From the IMG/VR virus record IMGVR_UViG_3300028844_004780: a DNA stretch of 64,000 bases; one strand, 5' to 3'. A program made the position numbers and the translations under genes. The notes under the pieces were generated by a model, which made no database searches, was not told the origin of the DNA, and was given only the letters and a program-made list of their open reading frames with translations. This document shows, piece after piece, positions 39,291 to 49,359 of the stretch (its first letter is position 1; every line of letters starts with the position of its first letter). This DNA is from an uncultured virus (IMG/VR IMGVR_UViG_3300028844_004780) (taxonomy: Duplodnaviria; Heunggongvirae; Uroviricota; Caudoviricetes).

Positions 39291-41537
39291 ATGGCGACGA
39301 GTAAAGAGTCAGAGATTAAGATCCTGAACTCCCAAGATTCAGGATCTACCCCCGATGTGTCACAGATGGCATACGGCGAATTAGCCATCAACTCGGCTGA
39401 TGACAACTTATATTATAAGAATGGTCCTAGTTCCATCGGGACTATAAGCGGAAGAACCCCACACATGGGGTTCGAATATATCTACAAAACCTCTGGAGTG
39501 ACCAAAGGTACTACTGGATGTATCAGTTTTTCTGGGAATACTCTCAGCATACACCCAGAGGATAACGATGGTAACGATACTACCGCCTTTCTAAATCTAG
39601 TCAGACTTTCATCTGCAGGCCTGGTTTACATTGGTGATGAATCTCTAAGCAAAGACTTGAATGTTTCGTCATTCTTGACTGCAGTCACGGCAGGAGACCC
39701 CAACGGATCGGTATATGAACTGGGTGGTGGAGAAAGGCTAGTATCTAACACTCCCAGCAACAACCAAAAAGTCAGAATGCTTGTGACTGTCCCAGCAATG
39801 GAGACACCACCAGTTTCTGCTCCGACTGAACTGATTTATGAATACCTCCACGGTTATACCTTCGATTATGAAGGCGACACCAACATCAATATGTTGAACA
39901 GTGAAGGTAACGCTAGTGCTCTAGACCTAGATTATAATGGGATGATGTTGTTCTCTAAAGGCTATGGTGTCTATAAAACCCAGCTGGCATTATACCCTGA
40001 GATGGACAAGTTATATTTCAATAATATCGACAGACATGGTACGGATTCACAATCTTTCTTCGATAATCTAGCCGATGGCGATACCATTAGACTTGAAAAT
40101 GTTGATCCAATATTTGATTCCCGATTTACTGGTGCTGGAGGCGCGAACCTCCGCCAGCCAGGTGAATTATTTTACGAATTTGAGGTGAGAGCGGATGGAA
40201 ACGGGTCGATATACAGCTCTCATTTCGATGACGTCGAGTCTTGGCAGAATGGGGATACTGGAGATTTCAGAACCCTAAACATTAGTGATAATGCCACGAC
40301 ACAAATAGTGTCAGATTTATTTGGCAATGGACAGTTTGACTCATCTGAAATCCCCGCAGCCCAGAATTTCGTCGATGCACTGGCCTTGCCCCAGATTAAC
40401 GGTGGAGAAGACGGTGCAGATCCACCAGGGACATACACTGAACCACCAACTGGTGTGAAAGGTGTGAGGTTCAGGCTGACTGTCAAGGATAAAGGTCTAA
40501 TAGCCCCAAATCCTGGTGGATTAAGCAGGGAGTTTCTAAGAGGAAGCGGAGAAGAAATTTTTCGGTATACTGCCACTGGTGGTGCTCCTGGCTCAACTGG
40601 CAATGGTCAGCTGTTCCTCGACTTCCCATCCTTGGGTACGGATACTATCACTTTCCACAAGTTCAACCCTAAAGGTTCTGATAATAGATCTTTCTTCAGT
40701 GATCTGACCAACTCCAATTCCACTATAACCATAAACAGAAAAGCTCCAATTGGAGTTTTAGGCAGTGCGTTTGCCATCTTGGAAGTCGGTCCATCTTCTT
40801 ATGACGGAACGAATTACTCGTTCAACATCAATAACGCAATCACTGGAGGAACCAACGGTTATTCGGGATCGACCGCAGGTCAACCCAGCATCACTGCTGG
40901 AGACGAATTAGTTGTTAAATTCGCAGTCAAGGGTTCTTTCAATAATGTGGAAACTCTCAACGGTCTAACTGGTGGTGTCACCCTGAATGCTGGGTCCAAT
41001 ATGACGGTCACCAGCGGAGCGAGTGGAATCACATTATCCGCCGCCGTTTTGACTGGAGCAACTGGTGCCACTGGGGCCGTAGGAGCTACTGGTGCAACTG
41101 GTGCCGCTGGTGCAACTGGTGCAACTGGAGCGACTGGAACATTTGATTCGAGCGGTGCGATTCATTGTGCTGGTATTTCCAGTGATGGTGGTATCACTTT
41201 CCCCGATGGTACTCACCAAACAACTGTCACTAGAACAGATTCATATACTGGACATATAGAAACAGTTTCGGATAAAACATATACACTCGATCCAAAGGTT
41301 GCAACGGCAAGAACAATCACTGGGTTCTACATCAAGTCTGCGTCTGGTACGGTCACTGCTACTCTTAAAAATGGATCCGATACGATCAAAGCAGCAAGTG
41401 TAAGTAATTCAAGTGGTGATCAAACATCTCTAGCAAATATCTCAGTCGCCGCTGATGCCGTTCTGACTATGGTTACCTCAAGTAATTCATCTGCCCTTGA
41501 TGTTATCTTTAATGTGGAGTATACATCGACATTATGA
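39291..41537 (+). CDS. Tail fibre-like protein with collagen-like (GAT)n segment
   Basis: MAYGELAIN N-terminus, LNGLTGGVTL, TGATGATGAV..., GITFPDGT. Confidence 0.8.
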   Translation: MATSKESEIKILNSQDSGSTPDVSQMAYGELAINSADDNLYYKNGPSSIGTISGRTPHMGFEYIYKTSGVTKGTTGCISFSGNTLSIHPEDNDGNDTTAFLNLVRLSSAGLVYIGDESLSKDLNVSSFLTAVTAGDPNGSVYELGGGERLVSNTPSNNQKVRMLVTVPAMETPPVSAPTELIYEYLHGYTFDYEGDTNINMLNSEGNASALDLDYNGMMLFSKGYGVYKTQLALYPEMDKLYFNNIDRHGTDSQSFFDNLADGDTIRLENVDPIFDSRFTGAGGANLRQPGELFYEFEVRADGNGSIYSSHFDDVESWQNGDTGDFRTLNISDNATTQIVSDLFGNGQFDSSEIPAAQNFVDALALPQINGGEDGADPPGTYTEPPTGVKGVRFRLTVKDKGLIAPNPGGLSREFLRGSGEEIFRYTATGGAPGSTGNGQLFLDFPSLGTDTITFHKFNPKGSDNRSFFSDLTNSNSTITINRKAPIGVLGSAFAILEVGPSSYDGTNYSFNINNAITGGTNGYSGSTAGQPSITAGDELVVKFAVKGSFNNVETLNGLTGGVTLNAGSNMTVTSGASGITLSAAVLTGATGATGAVGATGATGAAGATGATGATGTFDSSGAIHCAGISSDGGITFPDGTHQTTVTRTDSYTGHIETVSDKTYTLDPKVATARTITGFYIKSASGTVTATLKNGSDTIKAASVSNSSGDQTSLANISVAADAVLTMVTSSNSSALDVIFNVEYTSTL
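41052..41141 (+). repeat. Collagen-like Gly-Ala-Thr repeat (~10 units)
   Basis: TGATGATGAVGATGATGAAGATGATGATGT. Confidence 0.9.
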
Positions 41538-42004
41538 CACCTCCACACTGGTTATTTTTCCCCACACCGCCCGCTGCTGGAGTTAAGTTACAACTCGATG
41601 CAGAAGTTGCTCACACGGCAAGAGCAAACAAGCATAACATCACCAATGCAACCCTCAGTGGTACTGATGATGTATCAAACAATTATACGATCTATGCAAG
41701 TGGCCCCCTACGAAAATCCACTTCTTATATTGAGTGGTTGTTTAAAGTTGATAACACTGGTGACTATACCACCTGTGGGGATTGGGAAACTGATGTGACT
41801 AATGCTGGTGGTATTATTGTCGCAGATAGCACTTGGACTCATGATGGAGCAGCGTTTAGTCCCTCTACAATAACTCATACTCACGGCTCCAACAGTGGTA
41901 CAGTTGTAAGAGTTCGCTGGAATGGATCTTCCACAGATGTGACCAATTTTTGGAATACAATAGGAGACGGGGAAACAACACAAATCAAACTCAATTGGTC
42001 TTAA
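41534..42004 (+). CDS. Putative fibre tip / receptor-binding protein
   Basis: Thr/Trp-rich, coupled to the fibre gene (ATGA overlap). Confidence 0.55.
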   Translation: MTPPHWLFFPTPPAAGVKLQLDAEVAHTARANKHNITNATLSGTDDVSNNYTIYASGPLRKSTSYIEWLFKVDNTGDYTTCGDWETDVTNAGGIIVADSTWTHDGAAFSPSTITHTHGSNSGTVVRVRWNGSSTDVTNFWNTIGDGETTQIKLNWS

Positions 42005-42016
42005 TAAAGGAAAAAA

Positions 42017-42241
42017 ATGAACACGATTCACCACTACTCAAATCTTATGAAAAATTTGTCTTCAATGACATCTGTTTTAAATGCTCTCGGTTATGATTTC
42101 AAAGAGACCGCTCCAATCACCACACTGGACGAACAACTGATTGATGGCCTGGTTGCGTCGGCAAATGCGATGCTTCTCCAGGCAGAAGCGCTCAAAGGTG
42201 TGACATACGATCCCACTGTTGATGAAGACGTAGATCCCTGA
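42017..42241 (+). CDS. Small hypothetical protein (possible fibre chaperone)
   Basis: AAGGA RBS; helical. Confidence 0.6.
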   Translation: MNTIHHYSNLMKNLSSMTSVLNALGYDFKETAPITTLDEQLIDGLVASANAMLLQAEALKGVTYDPTVDEDVDP

Positions 42242-42247
42242 TCGGAT

Positions 42248-42255
42248 TATAAATA
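42248..42255 (+). promoter_or_regulatory. T4 late promoter TATAAATA
   Basis: Upstream of ORF 42285. Confidence 0.85.
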
Positions 42256-42284
42256 CCTAGAGCAAACATTCAGGAGAATCAATC

Positions 42285-42533
42285 ATGGCACTAGACTTAT
42301 CAGCAGTATCTTTCCCAATTCGCGACGCTAAGTTAGTAACACCAAGTGCTACGGCATTCTCAGGCGTGGGTAAGGCAATGCAGGGAATGTTCTGCTCTGC
42401 AGCAGAGGAGATAGTAGTTGTATTTCCAAACGGAAGTCTGACCATTACCCCCACTGCAGATCAGTTCCTCCCCTTCGCTCCACTCGGAGTCACCAGGGCA
42501 TCTGGTAGCGGCACCATTCATGCCATGTTTTGA
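42285..42533 (+). CDS. Small virion protein resembling the head-spike base family (RcGTA Rcc01079-like)
   Basis: AKLVTPS...GMF...VVFPNG...LPF..V...GTIHAMF pattern; AGGAG RBS. Confidence 0.5.
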   Translation: MALDLSAVSFPIRDAKLVTPSATAFSGVGKAMQGMFCSAAEEIVVVFPNGSLTITPTADQFLPFAPLGVTRASGSGTIHAMF

Positions 42534-42548
42534 ATCAGGAGTTATGCC

Positions 42549-42821
42549 TTGATTATTCGAGATATAAAAGCCCAAGTTCTAAGTGGCACTACAACCACAT
42601 CAATCGCCGATGTGGATCAAAAAGCCATTGCTATCATAGTTCAAGAGGGTCAGAGGTATAGGTTCTACCCGACTGCTGGTGATACCACTACTTACACCGT
42701 GCAAAGAGGTGGTGGCGTAGGTCAGACCAAAATTGTAACAGAGATTCCTGCACAGGTGGGGATCCAAGTCGGAATTGGCAGTTCTACTAAGACCATCCAC
42801 ATAGCCTATGGTGATGAATAG
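42549..42821 (+). CDS. Small beta-rich hypothetical virion protein
   Basis: AGGAG RBS, TTG start; same late operon. Confidence 0.6.
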   Translation: MIIRDIKAQVLSGTTTTSIADVDQKAIAIIVQEGQRYRFYPTAGDTTTYTVQRGGGVGQTKIVTEIPAQVGIQVGIGSSTKTIHIAYGDE

Positions 42822-42918
42822 TCAAAAGCCTGTGGGTTGACTCCCTAACCCAAATCTTATAAATTAAAAGTCCCCTTAAGGGGGTTGGACCAAATGGTAA
42901 AATAAGGACCCATTTTAG

Positions 42919-43488
42919 ATGCAAAGTATCCCTACTCTTCGTTATTATAAGACCCATCCGAACGCCCGCACTCCAATGATGAGTACTAAGGAGGCGGCAT
43001 GTTACGACCTTTGTGCTCATCTCCATGGCCCAGTTATTGCTGAAGATCATCAGACAGAAATTAGAGATGTTACACTTTATACCCCAGAGAACAAGGTAGT
43101 CCCTGGGAAGGTCAATACCACCTTCAACTCCGACCACCCTGAATCTTATACAGTAGTACCAGCAAGACACAGAGCGATTATCCCCACTGGGATTATCTTC
43201 GAGATCCCCACTGGGTACTCGGTCCGCCTACACCCAAGATCTGGATTATCGATCAAATACGGGTTCATTGTTGCCAACTGCGAAGGCGTTATCGATAGTG
43301 ATTATTTTCATGAAATAAAAGCCCTAATGGTCAATAACAGTGACGTCGATATCCGAGTTAATCATGGTGACCGAATCTGTCAGGCCGAGCTTACTAGGCT
43401 CGAGTCTCATGTGTTGGGAGAAACCAAGAACAGACCAAAGCAAAAGACCGATCGTGTCGGTGGTTTAGGCTCAACTGGTCTCCAATGA
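42919..43488 (+). CDS. dut: dUTPase (trimeric)
   Basis: AACYDL, PTG, PRSGL, GVIDSDY, GDRICQ, RVGGLGSTG. Confidence 0.95.
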   Translation: MQSIPTLRYYKTHPNARTPMMSTKEAACYDLCAHLHGPVIAEDHQTEIRDVTLYTPENKVVPGKVNTTFNSDHPESYTVVPARHRAIIPTGIIFEIPTGYSVRLHPRSGLSIKYGFIVANCEGVIDSDYFHEIKALMVNNSDVDIRVNHGDRICQAELTRLESHVLGETKNRPKQKTDRVGGLGSTGLQ

Positions 43489-43498
43489 AGGAATTAGA

Positions 43499-43876
43499 AT
43501 GAATCGCGATGAACTTATTGAATACCATGATCGGATTTGCCTAGAGGCCCGTGATCTGATGCGTGCCAAGAATCATGATTATGCGGGGGATAATTCGTCT
43601 AGTCCATGGATGAATTTTGAAAGATCCGAGCTAATGGGCCTTTGCAAGACAGAACAGGCCTTCATGGTCAGGATTTTGGACAAGGTCAGCCGTCTGATTA
43701 CTTTCATTGATGCTGGACATCTTAAGGTAAAAGGAGAAGGCGTTCACGACTCGATTGTCGACATCATCAATTACATGGTGTTATTCTCAGCCTTCTGCAA
43801 GGAAAAAGAGGCCGAAGATATGCCAGTCCAAGGCCAGGCTGGACTCCTAACTGAGGAAGACCTTGCAAAAGACTAG
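43499..43876 (+). CDS. DUF1599 / nucleotide-modification-associated domain 1-like protein
   Basis: KNHDYAG..PWMNF...RILDKVSRL...DSIVDIINY. Confidence 0.75.
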   Translation: MNRDELIEYHDRICLEARDLMRAKNHDYAGDNSSSPWMNFERSELMGLCKTEQAFMVRILDKVSRLITFIDAGHLKVKGEGVHDSIVDIINYMVLFSAFCKEKEAEDMPVQGQAGLLTEEDLAKD

Positions 43877-43891
43877 CCTATCTGGTACAAT
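43863..43891 (+). promoter_or_regulatory. Promoter TTGCAA-17-TACAAT with GCCT motif; leaderless geometry for gp43
   Basis: ATG 6 nt after the -10; no SD. Confidence 0.75.
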
Positions 43892-43897
43892 AGCTGT

Positions 43898-46414
43898 ATG
43901 AGCGAATTTTATACCAATGTCGTGACTTACGGCAATACAATCTATTATCGAGGCTTTGAAAACGGGAAGCGGGTAAAAGATAACCCCGATTTCAGTCCAG
44001 CATGCTTCATCCCCTCCAAACGCGAAACTCGATATCGCAATTTGGAGGGGGTGTTCGTAGAACCGATCCATCCAGGCTCCGTTAAAGAATATCGAGATTT
44101 CATCAGACAATATGATGGTGTCAGCGGAATTCGGATCTATGGGGACATCAATCTAGACTGCCAGTTCATCGGGGATAAGTTCCCACAATCGGAAGTCGAT
44201 TATGACTACAGTCTGCTTAAGGTAGCATCGATCGACATCGAGACCACCTGCGATCTCGGATTTCCAGATGTAGATGACCCCCAGGAGAAGATCATTGCGA
44301 TCACTATTCAAATTGGCGATAAGACTACTAGTCTTGGGTTGGGTGATTTTAACATTGATGGTGTGGATTGTTTTAGTTACGATGACGAGAGGGACCTCTT
44401 AAGCACATTCCTCGACTTTTGGAACGAAGAGCAACCAGATATTGTCACTGGGTGGAATGTCAGATTCTTCGATATCCCATATATCTTCAATCGGATCAAA
44501 AAGGTCCTGAGTTCTAGTGATGCTAAACGTCTTAGTCCATGGAAAATCACCAAGGAAAAGACTGTCCACCGACGAGGGAGAGAACAACGGATCTTTGATC
44601 TTGTTGGGATCTCTATTATGGACTACTTCGATCTCTACCAGTCATTCACCTATGTGAACCAGGAGTCCTATCGTCTAGACCACATTGCGTTCGTTGAGCT
44701 TGGTGAGAGGAAGTTGTCTTATGAAGAGCACGGTTCGATCCGTGAATTCTATAAGAATGATTTTCAGAAGTTCATGGAATACAACGTCAAAGACGTTCAT
44801 CTAGTAACCCGCCTTGAAGACAAGTTGAAGTTGATGGAGCTGGCGGTCGCCCTTGCATACGCCGCTAAGGTCAATTTCATGGATGTCTTCTCTCAGGTCA
44901 AGATGTGGGATTCCATCATCTATCATTACCTGAAGGAGCATGATATTGTAATCCCTCCAAGGGCGGCAACCACGAAATCGGAACAGTATGCGGGTGCCTA
45001 TGTGAAAGAACCGATTGTCGGCATGCACGATTGGATCATGTCTTTCGACCTGAATAGTCTGTATCCCCACCTGATCATGCAATACAACGTCAGTCCAGAG
45101 ACCAAGGTGAACAATAGGGGCGATCAAATGATTCCTAATTTGATCGATCCTGAAAGGTTGCTGAACGATGACAGCACTGCCAACCAGTTTCTGGATGAAT
45201 GGAAGGACAAAGATCTTTCTATCGCCTCTAATGGGGTGACGTTTACCCGAGAGTTTAAGGGGTTTCTGCCCTCTATCATGGAAAAGCTTTACGAAGAACG
45301 AAAAATCGCAAAGAAGAAGATGATTGAGTGCCAGCAGAAGGCAGAGAAAGATCCAGATAATGAAAGTCTGCAGTACGACATCACCAAGTATCAGAATCAG
45401 CAATTGGTCAGAAAGGTCCAATTGAACTCGGCATATGGAGCGGTCGGTAACGAATACTGCCGCTATTATGACGTTCACCTGGCAGAGGCCATTACCATTT
45501 CAGGTCAGTTTAGCATTCGATGGATTGAACAAAAGCTGAATCAGTTTCTCAGTAAAGTTCTAGAATCGGATGATAAAGATTATGTTGTTGCAATTGACAC
45601 AGACTCAGTATATCTTAGGGTTGACGACCTTGTTTCTCGTTTTTGTCCACATAAGACGGAACAGGAGACTGTCGATTTCCTCGACAAGATTTCAAAAGAG
45701 GCAATGCTGCCGTACATCGACGAACAGTACGCAGAGATGGCTAAGAAGGTAAATGCTTTTCAGCAGAAGATGAAGATGGGCAGAGAAGCGATCGCCAACA
45801 AGGGGATCTGGACAGCGAAGAAGCGATACATCTTAAATGTGCTGGACAACGAAGGTGTCAGATACGAGAATCCGAAAATCAAGGTGACTGGAATCGAGAC
45901 TACTCGTGCTTCTACACCAGCTGCAGTTAGGGGGTATTTGACTGATACAATTGGTCTTATCCTGAATACTGATGAGGACTCGGTGATTGAACACATTGAA
46001 GACGTAAGGACAGAATTTGATAAGCTGGTGCCAGAAGACATTGCTTTCCCTAGAGGGATTAAAGGCCTGAAGAAGTACTCTGATCCCACCACGGTCTACG
46101 GTAAGCACTGTCCAATAGCCGTGAAGGGATCCCTTCTGTATAACTACCACTTGAAAAAGAAGGGACTAACTAATAAATACAAAGTCATCATGGAGAACGA
46201 CAAGGCCAAATTCCTCTACATCAAGACCCCGAATCCGATCAAAGAAAGAGTGATCACTTTTCCAGACGTCCTACCAGAGGAACTTGATCTCCATGATTAC
46301 GTTGATTATGACACACAATTCGAGAAGTCATTTCTCGACCCACTTCTCTCTATCCTGAACGCCATCGGTTGGAGTTCAAAAAGAGAAAGTACACTTGAAG
46401 GATTATTCGCATGA
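43898..46414 (+). CDS. gp43: Family B DNA polymerase gp43
   Basis: [31 protein letters not shown]; no intein or intron. Confidence 0.99.
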   Translation: MSEFYTNVVTYGNTIYYRGFENGKRVKDNPDFSPACFIPSKRETRYRNLEGVFVEPIHPGSVKEYRDFIRQYDGVSGIRIYGDINLDCQFIGDKFPQSEVDYDYSLLKVASIDIETTCDLGFPDVDDPQEKIIAITIQIGDKTTSLGLGDFNIDGVDCFSYDDERDLLSTFLDFWNEEQPDIVTGWNVRFFDIPYIFNRIKKVLSSSDAKRLSPWKITKEKTVHRRGREQRIFDLVGISIMDYFDLYQSFTYVNQESYRLDHIAFVELGERKLSYEEHGSIREFYKNDFQKFMEYNVKDVHLVTRLEDKLKLMELAVALAYAAKVNFMDVFSQVKMWDSIIYHYLKEHDIVIPPRAATTKSEQYAGAYVKEPIVGMHDWIMSFDLNSLYPHLIMQYNVSPETKVNNRGDQMIPNLIDPERLLNDDSTANQFLDEWKDKDLSIASNGVTFTREFKGFLPSIMEKLYEERKIAKKKMIECQQKAEKDPDNESLQYDITKYQNQQLVRKVQLNSAYGAVGNEYCRYYDVHLAEAITISGQFSIRWIEQKLNQFLSKVLESDDKDYVVAIDTDSVYLRVDDLVSRFCPHKTEQETVDFLDKISKEAMLPYIDEQYAEMAKKVNAFQQKMKMGREAIANKGIWTAKKRYILNVLDNEGVRYENPKIKVTGIETTRASTPAAVRGYLTDTIGLILNTDEDSVIEHIEDVRTEFDKLVPEDIAFPRGIKGLKKYSDPTTVYGKHCPIAVKGSLLYNYHLKKKGLTNKYKVIMENDKAKFLYIKTPNPIKERVITFPDVLPEELDLHDYVDYDTQFEKSFLDPLLSILNAIGWSSKRESTLEGLFA

Positions 46415-47469
46415 CTGATTTTCTACAATCTATCATCAAAGACTCTGGCAATGAATATGCAAGCATCGTAGACGACGGTGTTGAAGGAAGCGATGTAACA
46501 GGCTTCATTAATTCAGGCAGTTATATTTTTAACGGTCTCCTGTCTGGTGACATCTATGGTGGGATCCCCAACAACAAGATCGTCGCCATTGCGGGTGAGA
46601 GTGCCACTGGAAAGACCTATTTCGCACTTGATATTTGCAAGAAGTTCCTATCTGATAATCCAGATGCAGCAGTTCTTTACTTCGATACAGAGCAGGCAAT
46701 CACCTCTGGCATGATCAAGGAAAGAGGAATTGATCCCAAGAGAGTGGCAATCTTCCCCGTTGCTACTGTGGAAGATTTCAGGCATCAGTGCATTTCGATC
46801 GTGGATAAGGTCCTGGAGACCCACAAGTCCGAGCGAAGGCCAATGATGATCGTGCTTGACTCGTTGGGCATGCTTAGTACGAACAAGGAAATCAACGATA
46901 CTGCCGAGGGCAAGGATACTAGAGACATGACCAGAGCACAACTGGTCAAGGCCACCTTCAGGGTTCTGACCCTCAAGTTGGGCAGAGCACACATCCCACT
47001 CATCCTCACCAATCACACCTATGATGTAGTTGGTGCATACGTTCCCACCAAGGAGATGGGTGGGGGTTCTGGTCTCAAGTACGCAGCATCCACGATTGTT
47101 TATCTCTCTAAGAAGAAGGACAAGGATGGGACCGATATTATCGGCAACATCATCAGATGCAAACTGTTCAAGAGCAGACTGACAAAGGAAAACAAGCAGG
47201 TACAAGTACAACTTAATTATGACACTGGACTTAACCCTTATTATGGTCTGGTCGATATCGCCGTCAAGTACGGCATTTTCAATAAGCTAGGAACCAGAAT
47301 CGAACTACCAGACGGAAGGAAAGTCTATGAAAAGCAAATCAACAACAACCCAGAACAGTACTACACCGATGAAATTCTCGACAGAATCAACGAATCTGTT
47401 GGCATTGAGTTCAAATACGGATCCCACAGAGAAGAGGAGCCATCTGAGGAAGATAGCCCCGAAGTTTGA
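46411..47469 (+). CDS. uvsX: RecA-like recombinase UvsX
   Basis: [31 protein letters not shown]. Confidence 0.97.
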   Translation: MTDFLQSIIKDSGNEYASIVDDGVEGSDVTGFINSGSYIFNGLLSGDIYGGIPNNKIVAIAGESATGKTYFALDICKKFLSDNPDAAVLYFDTEQAITSGMIKERGIDPKRVAIFPVATVEDFRHQCISIVDKVLETHKSERRPMMIVLDSLGMLSTNKEINDTAEGKDTRDMTRAQLVKATFRVLTLKLGRAHIPLILTNHTYDVVGAYVPTKEMGGGSGLKYAASTIVYLSKKKDKDGTDIIGNIIRCKLFKSRLTKENKQVQVQLNYDTGLNPYYGLVDIAVKYGIFNKLGTRIELPDGRKVYEKQINNNPEQYYTDEILDRINESVGIEFKYGSHREEEPSEEDSPEV

Positions 47470-47785
47470 TTTCTTCGAGGTAGAAGAAAAAGATACTAAC
47501 GCAATTGTGATCTTGGATGGTGATTTTGCCAATCTCAGGTACAACTACGGAGTTATCTCATTTTCTGGTATCGATGAAAAAGGCGATCTGATAGAAGGCT
47601 CCGAGCCTTCCGTCAACTTTACGTACGATATCATTGACAACCCAGATAATTATGAGATAAATCAAAGTGCGATTGATATGATGGGCAACGTTTTGTCCGT
47701 TCTTTTAGATGCTAAGTATGGCGGTGATGATGATGACAGATCCAACGATGGAAAAGACGATCCTGGCGAGTCTAGTACAGGATGA
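47444..47785 (+). CDS. Conserved small protein between uvsX and gp41 (gp40 position); start uncertain, possibly CTG
   Basis: [20 protein letters not shown]...[16 protein letters not shown] 5 nt before CTG 47444. Confidence 0.6.
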   Translation: MRKIAPKFDFFEVEEKDTNAIVILDGDFANLRYNYGVISFSGIDEKGDLIEGSEPSVNFTYDIIDNPDNYEINQSAIDMMGNVLSVLLDAKYGGDDDDRSNDGKDDPGESSTG

Positions 47786-49130
47786 AGAATTTACGAGGAA
47801 GGTTCTTCCGTTCCTGAAGGAAGAATATTTCTCTGACAGAGTTGAAAGAAAGATTTTCGGAGAGATTCAGGAGTTCGTTGGTAAGTATAACAGCCTACCT
47901 ACCAGAGACGCATTGAGCATTTGTATCTCCGAGATCGGCGATTTTACCGAATCTGATTTCAGAGACGCCAAAGATGTTATATCTTCCGTCTATGAAAAAA
48001 GGACCGACAAGCCTGATAAGGAATGGTTGGTAGAATCTACCGAGAAGTTCTGCAAGGATAAGTCCATCTATCTTGCCATCTTAGAGTCCATCCAGATCAT
48101 TGATGGTAAGTCCAAGCAAAGCAAAAATCACCTACCCAAGCTCCTACAGGATGCTTTGTCTGTGTCTTTCGATGTAAGTGTCGGACACGACTACCTTCAG
48201 GATTCTGAAGACAGATACGACTTCTACCATCGCAGAGAGAAGAGAATTTCTTTCGATCTCGATTATTTCAATCAGATCACGAATGGTGGTACTCCTACCA
48301 AGACTCTGAACGTGATCCTAGCTGGCACAGGGGTGGGGAAGTCTCTCTTCATGTGCCATCATGCCTCTAACTGCCTGACTCAGGGTAAGAACGTCCTTTA
48401 CATTACATGCGAGATGGCAGAAGAAAGGATTGCAGAGAGAATTGATGCTAACCTCATGGATATCACGATGGATGAGCTTAGCGAGTTGCCTAAGGAGTCA
48501 TACAATCGGAAGATGGAGAAGGTATCTGGTAGGGTGACAGGTTCTCTCATTATTAAAGAGTATCCCACCGCCACTGCGAACGTCAATCACTTCAGAGGTC
48601 TTCTTGAAGAGTTGAAGATCAAGAAGAATTTTTCGCCTGATATCATTTTCGTTGACTATCTTAACATTTGTGCTGCTGCTAGATTCAAAGACGCCTCTAA
48701 CGTGAACTCTTACATGTATGTCAAGGCGATCGCAGAAGAGCTGCGGGGTCTCGCGATGGAAACAGAAATTCCAGTATTCACCGCGACACAGACCAACAGA
48801 ACGGGTTTCACCAGTTCAGACGTTGGACTTGAAGACACATCCGAGTCTTTCGGTCTCCCCCAAACGGCGGATTTCATGTTTGCACTGATTGCTACGGAAG
48901 ACTTGGATGCACACAACCAAATTCTGGTAAAGCAGCTTAAAAACAGATATAATGACCCCGCTACGAACAGAAGATTTGTAGTTGGTATCAATAGAGCAAA
49001 AATGAAGCTCTATGATGCCTCTGGGCTAGAACAAGAGAGTCTTGTGGACTCTGGTCAAAGTACCTACATAAGGGACGACTTGGGCGAGAAGTTCAAGTCT
49101 GGTGAAAAATTCTCTGGTTGGAACATTTAG
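47733..49130 (+). CDS. gp41: Replicative helicase gp41 (DnaB-like)
   Basis: AGTGVGKS, EMAEERI, VDYLNI, TATQTNR, SESFGLP, KNRY. Confidence 0.98.
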   Translation: MTDPTMEKTILASLVQDEEFTRKVLPFLKEEYFSDRVERKIFGEIQEFVGKYNSLPTRDALSICISEIGDFTESDFRDAKDVISSVYEKRTDKPDKEWLVESTEKFCKDKSIYLAILESIQIIDGKSKQSKNHLPKLLQDALSVSFDVSVGHDYLQDSEDRYDFYHRREKRISFDLDYFNQITNGGTPTKTLNVILAGTGVGKSLFMCHHASNCLTQGKNVLYITCEMAEERIAERIDANLMDITMDELSELPKESYNRKMEKVSGRVTGSLIIKEYPTATANVNHFRGLLEELKIKKNFSPDIIFVDYLNICAAARFKDASNVNSYMYVKAIAEELRGLAMETEIPVFTATQTNRTGFTSSDVGLEDTSESFGLPQTADFMFALIATEDLDAHNQILVKQLKNRYNDPATNRRFVVGINRAKMKLYDASGLEQESLVDSGQSTYIRDDLGEKFKSGEKFSGWNI

Positions 49131-49146
49131 TAACAGGAATAAGATC

Positions 49147-49359
49147 ATGGATAACGTAGACCCAGAACGCGACGCAGCATATTCTGATGCAAGAATAAGA
49201 AGTGCAGAAGAAGCAGAGCTGCAAGAGTGGAAGAAGTGGGCAGAATCTTGGATCACCGAAATTGATGGTGGTGCAGGAGAAGAAGGGACTGATAAAGTGG
49301 TGAATCGGTATAAGAACGACACGCCTGGTCAGGGTGAAAATGAGCATAATAGTAGATAA
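49147..49359 (+). CDS. Small acidic protein with GAGEEGT...TPGQ motif
   Basis: AGGA RBS; ITE candidate gp21 site precedes the motif. Confidence 0.6.
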   Translation: MDNVDPERDAAYSDARIRSAEEAELQEWKKWAESWITEIDGGAGEEGTDKVVNRYKNDTPGQGENEHNSR

